A stretch of 64,000 nucleotides of DNA, taken from assembly GCF_009914755.1 (NCBI RefSeq), contig NC_060933.1. The stretch is one strand, 5' to 3'. Shown here in pieces: positions 28,101-42,900 of this stretch (the first letter of the stretch is position 1; each line of letters starts with the position of its first letter). Under the pieces are notes generated by a model. That model was not told the DNA's origin, did not search any database, and saw nothing but the letters and a program-made list of their open reading frames with translations. The position numbers were made by a program, and so were the translations under genes. Source of the DNA: the human T2T-CHM13v2.0 reference genome, Homo sapiens.

Positions 28101-31100
28101 TCCATTCCATTCCATTCCATTCCATTGTACTCGGGTTGATTCAATTCCATTGCATTCCATTCCATTCCATTCCGTTGCATTCCATTCCATTTCATTCGGA
28201 TTGATTGTATTCAAATCCCTTACTCTTCATTACATTCCATTCCATTCGGGTTGTTCCATTCCATTCCATTCCATTCCATTCCATTCCATACCATTCCATT
28301 CCATTCCATTCCATTCCATTCCGTTCCATTCCGTTCCATTCCATTCCATTCCATTCTATTCGGGTTAATTCCATTCCATTCCATTCCATTCCATTCCATT
28401 CTATTCCATTCCATTGCAATCGAGTTGAATCCATTGCATTTCGTTCCATTCCATTCCATTCCATTCCATTCCGGAAGATTCCATTCCATTGCATTCCATT
28501 CCATTCCATTCCCCTGCACTCGCGTTGATTCTATTCCATTCCATTCCATTCCATTCCATTCCATTCCGTTCCGTTCCGTTCCGTTCCATTTCATTCCATT
28601 CCATTCCATTCCATTCCGTTCCGTTCCATTCCATTCCATTCCATTCCACTCTATTCGGGTTAATTCCATTCCATTCCATTCGATTGCAATCGAGTTGATT
28701 CCATTCCATTCCATTCCATTCCATTCCATTCCTTTCCCCTGTACTCGGGTTGATTCCATTCCATTCCATTCCAATCCATGCCATTCCAGTCGTGTTGATT
28801 CCATTCTTTCCATTCCATTCAAGATGAATCCATTCCATTGCATTCCATTCCATTCGATTCCATTCGTTTGCACTCGTGTTGATTCCATGGCATTGCATTC
28901 CATTCCATTGCATTCCATTTCATTCCATTCCATTCCTTTCCATTCCATTCCATTCCATTCGGATTCATTCTATTCAATTCCCTTACACTCCATTACATTA
29001 CATTCCATTCGGGTTGTTCCATTCCATTCCATTCCATTCCACTCCATTCCATTGCACTGGGGTTGATTCCATTCCATTCCTTTCCATTCCATTCCATTCC
29101 ATTCCGGATGATTCCATTCCATTGCATTCCGTTCCATTCCATTCCCCTGCAGTCGCGTTGATTCCATTCCATTCCATTCCATTCCATTCCATTCCATTCC
29201 ATTCCATTCCATTCCATTGTACTCGGGTTGATTCCATTCCATTGCATTCCATTCCATTCCATTCCATTCCATTCTATTCCATTCCATTCCGTTGCTTTCC
29301 ATTCCATTACATTCGGATTGATTCTATTCAACTCCCTTACTCTCCATTACATTCCATTCCATTCGGGTTCTTCCATTCTATTCCATTCCATTCCACTCCA
29401 TTCCATTGCACTCGGGTTGATTCTATTCCATTCCATTCCATTCCTTTCATTCCGGATGATTCCATTCCATTGCATTCCGTTCCATTACATTCCCCTGCAC
29501 TCGCGTTGATTCCATTCCATTCCATTCAATTCCATTCCATTACAATTCGTTCCATTCCATTCTATTCCGTACCATTCCATTCCATTCCATACCATTCCAT
29601 TCCATTCCATTCCATTCCATTCCATTCCATTGTACTCGGGTTGATTCAATTCCATTGCTTTCCATTCCATTCCATTCCGTTGCATTCCATTCCATTTCAT
29701 TCGGATTGATTGTATTCAAATCCCTTACTCTCCATTACATTCCATTCCATTCGGGATGTTCCATTCCATTCCATTCCATTCCATTCCATACCATTCCATT
29801 CCATTCCATTCCATTCCATTCCGTTCCATTCCGTTCCATTCCATTCCATTCCATTCTATTCGGGTTAATTCCATTCCATTCCATTCCATTCCATTCCATT
29901 CTATTCCATTCCATTGCAATCGAGTTGAATCCATTGCATTTCATTCCATTCCATTCCATTCCGGAAGATTCCATTCCGTTCCCTTCCATTCCATTCCATT
30001 CCATTCTATTCGGGTTAATTCCATTCCATTCCATTCGATTGCAATCGAGTTGATTCCATTCCATTCCATTCCATTCCTTTCCATTACATTACGGATGATT
30101 CCATTTCATTTCATTCCATTCCATTCCATTCCCCTGTACTCGGGTTGATTCCATTCCATTCCATTCCAATCCATGCCATTCCACTCGTGTTGATTCCATT
30201 CTTTCCATTCCATTCAAGTTGAATCCATTCCATTGCATTCCATTCAATTCGATTCCATTCGATTGCACTCGGGTTGATTCCATTCCATTGCATTCCATTC
30301 CATTCCATTCCGTTCCATTCCATTCCATTACATTCGGATTGATTCTCTTCAATTCCCTTACACTCCATTACATTCCATTCCATTCGGGTAGTTTCCATTC
30401 CATTCCATTCCATTCCTCTCCATTCCATTGCACTCGGGTTGATTCCATTCCATTGCATTCCATTCCATTCCATTCAATTCCATTCCGTTCCATTCCATTC
30501 CTTTACATTCGGATTGATTCTATTCAACTCCCTTACTCTCCATTACATTCCATTCCATTCGGGTTGTTCCATTCCATTCCATTCCATTCCACTCCATTCC
30601 ATTGCACTCGGGTTGATTCCATTCCATTCCATTCCATTCCATTCCATTCCATTCCGTTGCATTCCATTCCATTACGTTCGGATTGATTCTATTCAACTCC
30701 CTTACTCTCCATTACATTCCATTCCTTTCGGGTTGTTCCATTGCATTCCATTCCATTCCACTGCATTCCATTGCACTCGGGTTGATTCCATTCCATTCCA
30801 TTCCATTCCATTCCATTCCATTCCATTCCATTCCATTCCGGATGATTCCATTCCATTGCATTCTGTTCCATTACATTCCCCTGCACTCGCGTTGATTCCA
30901 TTCTATTCCATTCAATTCCATTCCATTACAATTCGTTCCATTCCATTCTATTCCGTACCATTCCATTCCATTCCATACCATTCCATTCCATTCCGTTCCA
31001 TTCCATTCCATTCCATTCTATTCAGGTTAATTCCATTCCATTCCATTCCATTCCATTCCATTCTATTCCATTCCATTGCAATCGAGTTGAATCCATTGCA

Positions 31101-33320
31101 TTTCATTCCATTCCATTCCATTCCACTCCATTCCATTGCACTCGGGTTGATTCCATTCCATTCCATTCCATTCCATTCCGGATGATTCCATTCCATTGCA
31201 TTCCGTTCCATTACATTCCCCTGCATTCGGGTTTATTCCATTCCATTCCATTCCATTCCATTCCATTCCATTCCGTTCCGTTCCATTCCATTCCATTCCA
31301 TTCTATTCGGGTTAATTCCATTCCATTCCATTCGATTGCAATGGAGTTGATTCCATTCCATACCATTCCATTCCATTCCATTCCATTCCATTCCATTCCT
31401 TTCCATTACATTACGGATGATTCCATTCTATTTCTTTCCATTCCATTATATTCCCCTGTACTCGGGTTGATTCCATTCCATTCCATTCCAATCCATGCCA
31501 TTCCACTCGTGTTGATTCCATTCTTTCCATTCCATTCAAGATGAATCCATTCCATTACATTCCATTCCATTCGATTCCATTCGATTGCCCTCATGTTGAT
31601 TCCATGGCATTGCATTCCATTCCATTCCATTCCATTCCATTCCATTCCATTCCATTCCTTTCCATTCCTTTCCATTCCGTTCCATTCCATTCCTTTCCAT
31701 TACATTACGGATGATTCCATTCCATTGCATTCCTTTCCATTCCATTCCCCTGTACTCGGGTTGATTCCATTCCATTCCATTCCATTCCATGCCATTCCAC
31801 TCGTGTTGATTCCATTCTTTCCATTCCATTCAAGTTGAATCCATTGCATTGCATTCCATTCCATTCGATTCCATTCGATTGCACTCGGGTTGATTCCATT
31901 CCATTGCATTCCATTCCATTCCAGTCCATTCTGTTCCATTCCATTCCATTACATTCGGATTGATTCTATTCAATTCCCTTACACTCCATTACATTCCATT
32001 CCATTCGGGTAGTTTCCATTCCATTCCATTCCATGCCTCTCCATTCCATTGCACTCGGGTTGATTCCATTCTCTTCCATTCCATTCCATTCCATTCCATT
32101 CCATTCCATTCCATTACGGATGATTCCATTCCATTGCATTACATTCCATTCCATTCCCCTGTACTCGGGCTGATTCCATTCCATTCCATTCCATACCATT
32201 CCATTCCATTCCATTCCATTCCATTCCATTCCATTCCGTTCCATTCCGTTCCATTCCATTCCATTCCATTCTATTCGTGTTAATTCCATTCCATTCTATT
32301 CCATTCCAGTCCATTGAAATCGAGTTGATTCCATTCCATTCCATTCCATTCCATTCCATTCCATTCCGGATGATTCCATTCCATTGCATTCCATTCCATT
32401 CCATTCCCCTGCACTCGGATGGATTCCATTCCATTCCATTACATTACATTACGTTCCATTCCGTTCCATTCTATTCTATTCGGGTTAATTCCATTCCATT
32501 CCATTCCACTCCATTCCATTCCATTCTATTCGGGTTAATTCCATTCCATAACATTCCATTCCATTCCATTCCATTCCAATCGAGTTGATTCCATTCCATT
32601 CGATTCCATTTCACTCAATTCCAGTCCTTTCCATTCCATTCCACTCGGGTTGATTCCATTCTATTCCTTTCCATTCCATTCCATTCCATTGCAATCGAGT
32701 TGATTCCATTGCTTTGCATTCCATTCCATTCCATTCCATTCCGGATGATTCCTTTCCATTGCATTCTATTCCATTCCATTCCCCTGCACTCGGGTTGATT
32801 CCATTCCATTCCACTCGATTCCATTGCATTCCATTCCATTCCATTGTATTCGGGTTGATTCCATTGCATTCCATTCCATTCCATTCCATTCCATTCCATT
32901 CCATTCCATTCCATTACAATCGAGTTGAATCCATTCCATTCCATTCCATTCCAGTGCTTTCCGTTCCATTCCACTCGGGTTGATTCCATTCTATTAGTTT
33001 CCATTCCATTCCATTCCCTTCCATTCCAGTCTGGTTGATTCCATTCCTTTCCATTCCACTCGAATACATTCCCTCCTATTCCACTCGGAACGATTCCATT
33101 CCATTCCATTCCATTCCATTCCATTCCATTCCATTCCATTCCATTCCATTTCGTTCCATTCCATTCTATTCCGTACCATTCCATTCCATTCCATTCCATT
33201 CCATTCCATTCCATTCCACTCGTGTTGATTCCATTGCTTTCCATTCCATTCGGTTTGAAGGCATTCCATTCCATTCAATTCCATTCCATTCCATTCCATT
33301 CCATTCCATTCCATTCCATT
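25140..33320 (+). repeat. Duplicated ~3-kb segment (about 25140-28120 and 30300-33320), offset ~5.15-5.2 kb
   Basis: Shared private variants: ATTACGTTCGG (25502/30671), TCGATTGCCCTCATGTTG (26432/31581), TCGGGCTG (about 27026/32165), CGGATGGATT (about 27257/32416), TTCACTCAAT (27441/32610) and CGGTTTGAAGGC (28052/33251). Confidence 0.9.
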
Positions 33321-36300
33321 CCATTCCATTCCTTTCCATTACAATCGAGTTGATTCCATTCCATTCCATTCCATTCCGTTCCGGATGATTCCATTCCATT
33401 GCATTCCATTCCATTCCATTCCCCTGCAGTCGGGTTGATTCCTTTCCATTCCATTCCATTCCATTCCATTCTATTCCATTCCGTTCCATTGCATTCCATT
33501 CCATTCTATTCGGGTTAATTCCATTGCATTCCATTCCATTCCATTCCAATCGAGTTAATTCCATTCCATTCCATTCCATTCCACTCCATTCCATTCCATT
33601 CCATTCTGGATGATTCCATTCCATTGCATTCCATTCCATTCCATTCCCCTGCACTCGTGTTGATTCCATTCCCTCCCATTCCATTCCATTCCGTTCCATT
33701 CCACTGCATTCCATTCTATTCCGGTTAATTCCATTCCATTCCATTCCTTTCCATTCCATTCCATTGCAATCGAGTTGATTCCATTCCATTCCTTTCCATT
33801 CCATTCCATTGCCTTGCATTCCAATCGGGTGGATTCCATTCCCTTCTTTCCACTCCATTACATTCCCTTCCATTGCACTCGGAATGATTGATTCCATTCC
33901 ATTCCAATCCATTCCATTCCATTCCACTCGAGTTGATTTCATTCCATTCCTTTCCATTCCATTCCATTCCTTTCCACTCGAGTTGACTCCATTCCATTCC
34001 ATTCCATTGCATTCCATTCCATGCCATTCCACTCGGGTTGATTCCATTCCTTTGCATTCCATTCCATTCCATTCCATTCCATTCCATTCCGTTGCATTCC
34101 ATTCCATTACATTCGGATTGATTCTATTCAACTCCTTTACTCTCTATTACATTCCATTCCATTCGGGTTGTTCCTTTCCATTCCATTCCATTGCACTCCA
34201 TTCCATTGCACTCAGGTTGACTCCATTCCATTCCATTCCATTCCATTCCATTCCGGATGATTCCATTCCATTGCATTCCGTTCCTTTACATTTCCCTGCA
34301 CTCGCGTTGATTCTATTCCATTCCATTCCATTCCATTCAATTCCATTCCATTACAATTCGTTCCATTCCATTCTATTCCGTACCATTCCATTCCATTCCA
34401 TACCATTCCATTCCATTCCATTCCATTCCATTCCATTCCATTCCGTTCCATTCCGTTCCATTCCATTCCATTCCATTCTATTTGGGTTAATTCCATTCCA
34501 TTCCATTCCATTCCATTCCATTCTATTCCATTCCATTGCAATCGAGTTGAATCCATTGCATTTCATTGCATTCCATTCCATTCCATTCCATTCCATTCCG
34601 TTCCGTTCCGTTCCATTCCATTCCATTCCATTCCATTCCATTCCGTTCCGTTCCATTCCATTCCATTCCATTCTATTCGGGTTAATTCCATTCCATTCCA
34701 TTCGATTGCAATCGTGTTGATTCCATTCCATTCCATTCCATTCCATTCCATTCCATTCCTTTCCATTCCATTACGGATGATTCCATTCCATTGCATTCTA
34801 TTCCATTCCATTCCCCTGTACTCGGGTTGATTCCATTCCATTGCATTCCAATCCATGCCCTTCCACTCGTGTTGATTCCATTCTTTCCATTAAATTCAAG
34901 TTGAATCCATTCCATTGCATTCCATTCCATTCGATTCCATTCGGTTGCACTCGGGTTGATTCAATTCCATTGCATTCCATTCCATTCCATTCCATTCCAT
35001 TCCGTTCCATGCCATTCCATTACATTCGGATTGATTCTATTCAATTCCCTTACACTCCATTACATTCCATTCCATTCGGGTAGTTTCCATTCCATTCCAT
35101 TCCATTGCTCTCCATACCATTGCACTCGGGTTGATTCCATTCCATTGCATTCCATTCCATTCCATTCAAATCCATTCCGTTCCATTCCATTCCATTACAT
35201 TCGGATTGCTTCTATTCATCTCCCTTAGTCTCTATTACATTCCATTCCATTCGGGTTGTTCCATTCCATTCCATTCCATTCCACTCCATTCCATTGCACT
35301 CGGGTTGATTCCATTCCATTCCATTCCATTCCATTCCATTCCATTCCATACCGGAAGATTCCATTCCATTGCATTCCATTCCATTCCATTCCCCTGCACT
35401 CGCGTTGATTCCATTCCATTCCATTCCATTCCATTCCATTCCTTTCTGTTCCATTCCATTCCATTCCATTCCATTCCATTCCAGTCCTTTCCATTCCATT
35501 CCACTCGGGTTGATTCCATTCTATTAGTTTCCATTCCATTCCATTCCCTTCCATTCCACTCTGGATGATTCCATTCCTTTCCATTCCACTCGTATACATT
35601 CCCTCCTATTCCACTCGGAACGATTCCATTCCATTCCATTCCATTCCATTCCATTCCATTCCATTCCATTCCATTCCATTCCATTTCTTTCCATTCCATT
35701 CTATTCCGTACCATTCCATTCCATTCCATTCCATTCCATTCCACTCGTGTTGATTCCATTCCTTTCCATTCCATTCGGTTTGAAGGCATTCCATTCCATT
35801 CAATTCCATTCCATTCCATTCCATTCCATTCCATTCCATTCCATTCCATTCCATTCCATTGTACTCGGGTTGATTCCATTCCATTGCATTCCATTCCATT
35901 CCATTCCATTCCATTCCGTTGCATTCCTTTCCATTACATTCGGATTGACTCTATTCAACACCCTTACTCTCCATTACATTCCATTTCATTCGGGTTGTTC
36001 CATTCCATTCCATTCCATTCCACTCCATTCCATTGCACTCGGGTTGATTCCATTCCATTCCATTCCATTCCTTTCCATTCCATTCCATTCCTTTCCATTA
36101 CATTACGGATGATTCCATTCCATTGCATTCCATTCCATTCCATTCACCTGTACTCGGGTTGATTCCATTCCATTCCATTCCATTCCATGCCATTCCACTC
36201 GTGTTGATTCCATTCTTTCCATTCCATTCAATTTGAATAAATTCCATTGCATTCCATTCCATTCGATTCCATTCGATGGCAATCGGGTTGATTCCATTCC

Positions 36301-36989
36301 ATTGCATTCCATTCCATTCCATTCCATTCCATTCCGTTCCATTCCATTCCATTACATTCGGATTGATTCTATTCAATTCCCTTACACTCCATTACATTCC
36401 ATTCCATTCGGGTACTTTCCATTCCGTTCCATTCCATTCCTCTCCATTCCATTGCACTCGGGTTGATTCCATTCCATTCCATTCCATTCCATTCCATTCC
36501 ACTCCGGATGATTCCATTCCATTGAATTCCATTCCATTCCATTCCCCTGCACTTGGGTTGATTCCATTCCATTCCATTCCATTCCTTTCCGTTCCATTCC
36601 ATTCCATTCCATTCCATTCCATTCCATTCCATTCCATTCTATTTGTGTTAATTCCATTCCATTCTATTCCATTTCATTTCATTCCATTGAAATCGAGTTG
36701 ATTCCATTCCATTCCATTCCATTGCATTCCATTCCATTCCGGATGATTCCATTCCATTGCATTCCATTCCATTCCATTCCCCTGCACTCGGGTTGAATCC
36801 ATTCCATTCCATTCCATTGCATTCCATTCCATTCCATTCCATTCCATTCCATTCCGTTGCATTGCATTCCATTACATTCGGATTGATTCTATTCAACTCC
36901 CTTACTCTCCATTACATTCCATTCCATTCGGGTTGTTCCATTCCATTCCATTCCATTGCACTCGGGTTGATTCCATTCCATTCCATTCC

Positions 36990-39900
36990 ATTCCATTCCA
37001 TTCCATTCCGGATGATTCCATTCCATTACATTCCGTTCCATTACATTCCCCTGCACTCGCGTTGATTCCATTCCATTCCATTCCATTCCTTTCAATTCCA
37101 TTCCATTAGAATTCGTTCCATTCCATTCTATTCCGTACCATTCCATTCCATTGCATACCATTCCATTCCTTTCCATTCCATTCCGTTCCATTCCGTTCCG
37201 TTCCATTCCATTCCATTCCATTCTATTCGGATTAATTCCATTCCATTACATTCCATTCCATTCTATTCCATTCCATTGCAATCGAGTTGAATCCATTGCA
37301 TTTCATTCCATTCCATTCCATTCCACTGCACTCGCGTTGATTCCATTCCATTCCATTCCATTCCATTCCGTTCCGTTCCATTGCATTCCATTCCATTCCA
37401 TTCCGTTCCGTTCCATTCCATTCCATTCCATTCTATTCGGGTTAATTGCATTCCATTCCATTCGATTGCAATCGAGTTGATTCCATTCCATTCCATTCCT
37501 TTCCATTCCATTCCATTCCATTCCATTCCATTCCATTACGGATGATTCCATTCCATTGCATTCCATTCCATTCCATTCCCCTGTACTCGGGTTGATTCCA
37601 TTCCATTCCATTCCAATCCATGCCATTCCACTCGTGTTGATTCCATTCTTTCCATTCCATTCAAGTTGATTCCATTCCATTGCATTCCATTCCATTCGAT
37701 TCCATTCGATTGCACTCGGGTTGATTCCATTCCATTGCATTCCATTCCATTCCATTCGATTCCATTCCATTCCATTCCGTTCCATTCCATTCCATTACAT
37801 TCGGATTGATTCTATTCAATTCCCTTACACTCCATTACATTACATTCCATTCGGGTAGTTTCCATTCCATTCCATTCCATTCCTCTCCATTCCATTGCAC
37901 TCGGGTTGATTCCCTTCCATTGCATTCCATTCCATTCCATTCCATTCTATTCCGTTCCATTCCATTCCATTACATTCGGATTGATTCTATTCAACTCCCT
38001 TACTCTCCATTACATTCCATTCCATTCGGGTTGTTCCATTCCATTCCATTCCATTCCACTCCATTCCATTGGACTCGGGTTGATTCCATTCCATTCCATT
38101 CCATTCCATTCCATTCCGGAAGATTCCATTCCATTGCATTCCATTCCATTCCATTCCCCTGCACTCGCGTTGATGCTATTCTATTCCATTCTATTCCATT
38201 CCATTCACTTCCTTTCCGTTCCATTCCATTCCATTCCATTCCATTCCATTCCATTCCATTCCGTTCCGTTCCGTTCCGTTCCATTCCATTCCATTCCATT
38301 CCATTCTATTCGGGTTAATTCCATTCCATTCCATTCGATTGCAATCGAGTTGATTCCATTCCATTCCATTCCATTCCATTCCATTCCATTCCATTCCATT
38401 CCATTCCTTTCCATTCCTTTACGGATGATTCCATTCCATTCCATTCCAATCCATGCCCTTCCACTCCTGTTGATTCCATTATTTCCATTCCATTCTAGTT
38501 GAATCCATTCCATTGCATTCCATTCCATTCGATTCCATTCGATTGCACTCGGGTTGATTCCATTCCATTGCATTCCATTCCATTCCATTCCATTCCATTC
38601 CGTTCCATTCCATTCCATTACATTCGGATTGATTCTATTCAACTCCCTTACTCTCCATTACATTCGATTCCATTCGGGTTGTTCCATTCCATTCCATTCC
38701 ATTCCACTCCATTCCATTGCACTCGGGTTGATTCCATTACATTCCGTTCCATTCCGGAAGATTCCATTTCATTGCATTCCATTACATTCCATTCCCCTGC
38801 ACTCGCGTTGATTCCATTCCTTTCCATTCCATTCCATTCCATTCCGTTCCGTTCCATTCCATTCCATTCCATTCCATTCCGTTCGTTCCATTCCATTCCA
38901 TTCCATTATATTCGGTTTAATTCCATTCCATTCCATTCGATTGCAATCGTGTTGATTCCATTCCATTCCATTCCATTCAATTCCATTCCGTTCCATTCCA
39001 TTCCATTATATTCGGATTGATTCTACTCAACTCCCTTACTCTCCATTATATTCCATTCCATTCGGGTTGTTCCATTCCATTCCATTCCATTCCACTCCAT
39101 TCCATTGCACTCGGGTTTGTTCCATTCCATTCCATTCCATTCCATTCCATTCCATTCCATTCCGGAAGATTCCATTCCATTGCATTCCATTCCATTCCAT
39201 TCCCCTGCATTCGCGTTGATTCCATTCCATTCCATTCCATTCCATTCCATTCCATTCCTTTCCGTTCCATTCCACTCCATTCCATTCCATTCCATTCCAT
39301 TCCGTTCCGTTCCGTTCCATTCCATTCAATTCCATTCTATTCGGGTTAATTCCATTCCATTCCATTCGATTGCAATCGAGTTGATTCCATTCCATTCCAT
39401 TCCATTCGATTCCATTCCATTCCATTCCTTTCCATTCCATTACGGATGATTCCATTCCATTGCATTACATTCCATTCCATTCCCCTGTACTCGGGTTGAT
39501 TCCATTCCATTCCATTCCATTCCATTCCACTCCGGATGATTCCATTCCATTGCATTCCGTTCCATTACATTCCCCTGCACTCGCGTTGATTCCATTCCAT
39601 TCCATTCCATTCCATTCAATTCCATTCCATTACAATTCGTTCCATTCCATTCTATTCCGTACCATTCCATTCCATTGCATACCATTCCATTCCATTCCAT
39701 TCCATTCCGTTCCATTCCGTTCCGTTCCATTCCATTCCATTCCATTCTATTCGGATTAATTCCATTCCATTACATTCCATTCCATTCTATTCCATTCCAT
39801 TGCAATCGAGTTGAATCCATTGCATTTCATTCCATTCCATTCCATTCCATTCCATTCCGGAAGATTCCATTCCATTGCATTCCATTCCATTCCATTCCAC

Positions 39901-42900
39901 TGCACTCGCGTTGATTCCATTCCATTCCATTCCATTCCATTCCATTCCGTTCCGTTCCATTGCATTCCATTCCATTCCATTCCGTTCCGTTCCATTCCAT
40001 TCCATTCCATTGTATTCGGGTTAATTGCATTCCATTCCATTCGATTGCAATCGAGTTGATTCCATTCCATTCCATTCCATTCCATTACATTCCATTCCAT
40101 TCCTTTCCATTCCATTACGGATGATTCCATTCCATTGCATTCCATTCCATTCCATTCCCCTGTACTCGGGTTGATTCCATTCCATTCCATTCCAATCCAT
40201 GCCATTCCACTCGTGTTGAATCCATTCTGTCCATTCCATTCAAGTTGATTCCATTCCATTGCATTCCATTCCATTCGATTCCATTCGATTGCACTCGGGT
40301 TGATTCCATTCCATTGCATTCCATTCCATTCCATTCCATTCCATTCCATTCCATTCCATTCCGTTCCATTCCATTCCATTACATTCGGATTGATTCTATT
40401 CAATTCCCTTACACTCCATTACATTACATTCCATTCGGGTAGTTTCCATTCCATTCCATTCCATTCCTCTCCATTACATTGCACTCGGGTTGATTCCCTT
40501 CCATTGCATTCCATTCCATTCCATTCCATTCTATTCCGTTCCATTCCATTCCATTACATTCGGATTGATTCTATTCAACTCCCTTACTCTCCATTACATT
40601 CCATTCCATTCGGGTTGTTCCATTCCATTCCATTCCATTCCACTCCATTCCATTGGACTCGGGTTGATTCCATTCCATTCCATTCCGGAAGATTCCATTC
40701 CATTGCATTCCATTCGATTCCATTCCCCTGCACTCGCGTTGATTCTATTCTATTCCATTCTATTCCATTCCATTCACTTCCTTTCCGTTCCATTCCATTC
40801 CATTCCATTCCATTCCATTCCGTTCCGTTCCGTTCCATTCCATTCCATTCCATTCCATTCTATTCGGGTTAATTCCATTCCATTCCATTCGATTGCAATC
40901 GAGTTGATTCCATTCCATTCCATTCCATTCCATTCCATTCCATTCCATTCCATTCCTTTCCATTCCTTTACGGATGATTCCATTCCATTGCATTCCATTC
41001 CATTCCATTCCCCTGTACTCGGGTTGATTCCATTCCATTCCATTCCAATCCATGCCCTTCCACTCGTGTTGATTCCATTATTTCCATTCCATTCTAGTTG
41101 AATCCATTCCATTGCATTCCATTCCATTCGATTCCATTCGATTGCACTCGGGTTGATTCCATTCCATTGCATTCCATTCCATTCCATTCCATTCCATTCC
41201 GTTCCATTCCATTCCATTACATTCGGATTGATTCTATTCAACTCCCTTACTCTCCATTACATTCGATTCCATTCGGGTTGTTCCATTCCATTCCATTCCA
41301 TTCCACTCCATTCCATTGCAGTCGGGTTGATTCCATTACATTCCATTCCATTCCGGAAGATTCCATTTCATTGCATTCCATTACATTCCATTCCCCTGCA
41401 CTCGCGTTGATTCCATTCCTTTCCATTCCATTCCATTCCATTCCATTCCATTCCGTTCCGTTCCATTCCATTCCATTCCATTCCATTCCATTCCGTTCGT
41501 TCCATTCCATTCCATTCCATTATATTCGGGTTAATTCCATTCCATTCCATTCGATTGCAATCTTGTTGATTCCATTCCATTCCATTCCATTCAATTCCAT
41601 TCCGTTCCATTCCATTCCATTATATTCGGATTGATTCTACTCAACTCCCTTACTCTCCATTATATTCCATTCCATTCGGGTTGTTCCATTCCATTCCATT
41701 CCATTCCACTCCATTCCATTGCACTCGGGTTTGTTCCATTCCATTCCATTCCATTCCATTCCATTCCATTCCATTCCGGAAGATTCCATTCCATTGCATT
41801 CCATTCCATTCCATTCCCCTGCATTCGCGTTGATTCCATTCCATTCCATTCCATTCCATTCCATTCCATTCCATTCCTTTCCGTTCCATTCCATTCCATT
41901 CCATTCCATTCCATTCCATTCCGTTCCGTTCCGTTCCGTTCCATTCCATTCAATTCCATTCTATTCGGGTTAATTCTATTCCATTCCATTCGATTGCAAT
42001 CGAGTTGATTCCATTCCATTCCGTTCCATTCCATTCCATTCCATTCCATTCCTTTCCATTCCATTACGGATGATTCCATTCCATTGCATTACATTCCATT
42101 CCATTCCCCTGTACTCGGGTTGATTCCATTCCATTCCATTCCATTCCATTCCACTCCGGATGATTCCATTCCATTGCATTCCGTTCCATTACATTCCCCT
42201 GCACTCGCGTTGATTCCATTCCATTCCATTCCATTCCATTCAATTCCATTCCATTACAATTTTTTCCATTCCATTCTATTCCGTACCATTCCATTCCATT
42301 GCATACCATTCCATTCCATTCCATTCCATTCCGTTCCATTCCGTTCCATTCCATTCCATTCCATTCTATTCGGATTAATTCCATTCCATTCCATTCCATT
42401 CCATTCTATTCCATTCCATTGCAATCGAGTTGAATCCATTGCATTTCATTCCATTCCATTCCATTCCATTCCGGAAGATTCCATTCCATTGCATTCCATT
42501 CCATTCCATTCCCCTGCGTTCGCGTTGATTCCATTCCATTCCATTCCATTCCATTCCATTCCATTCCGTTCCGTTCCATTCCATTCCATTCCATTCCATT
42601 CCGTTCCGTTCCATTCCATTCCATTCCATTCTATTCTGGTTAATTACATTCCATTCCATTCGATTGCAATCGAGTTGATTCCATTCCATTCCATTCCATT
42701 CCATTCCATTCCATTACATTCCTTTCCATTCCATTATGGATGATTCCATTCCATTGCATTCCATTCCATTCCATTCCCCTGTACTCGGGTTGATTCCATT
42801 CCATTCCATTCCAATCCATGCCATTCCACTCGTGTTGATTCCATTCTTTCCATTCCATTCAAGTTGATTGCATTCCATTGCATTCCATTCCATTCGATTC

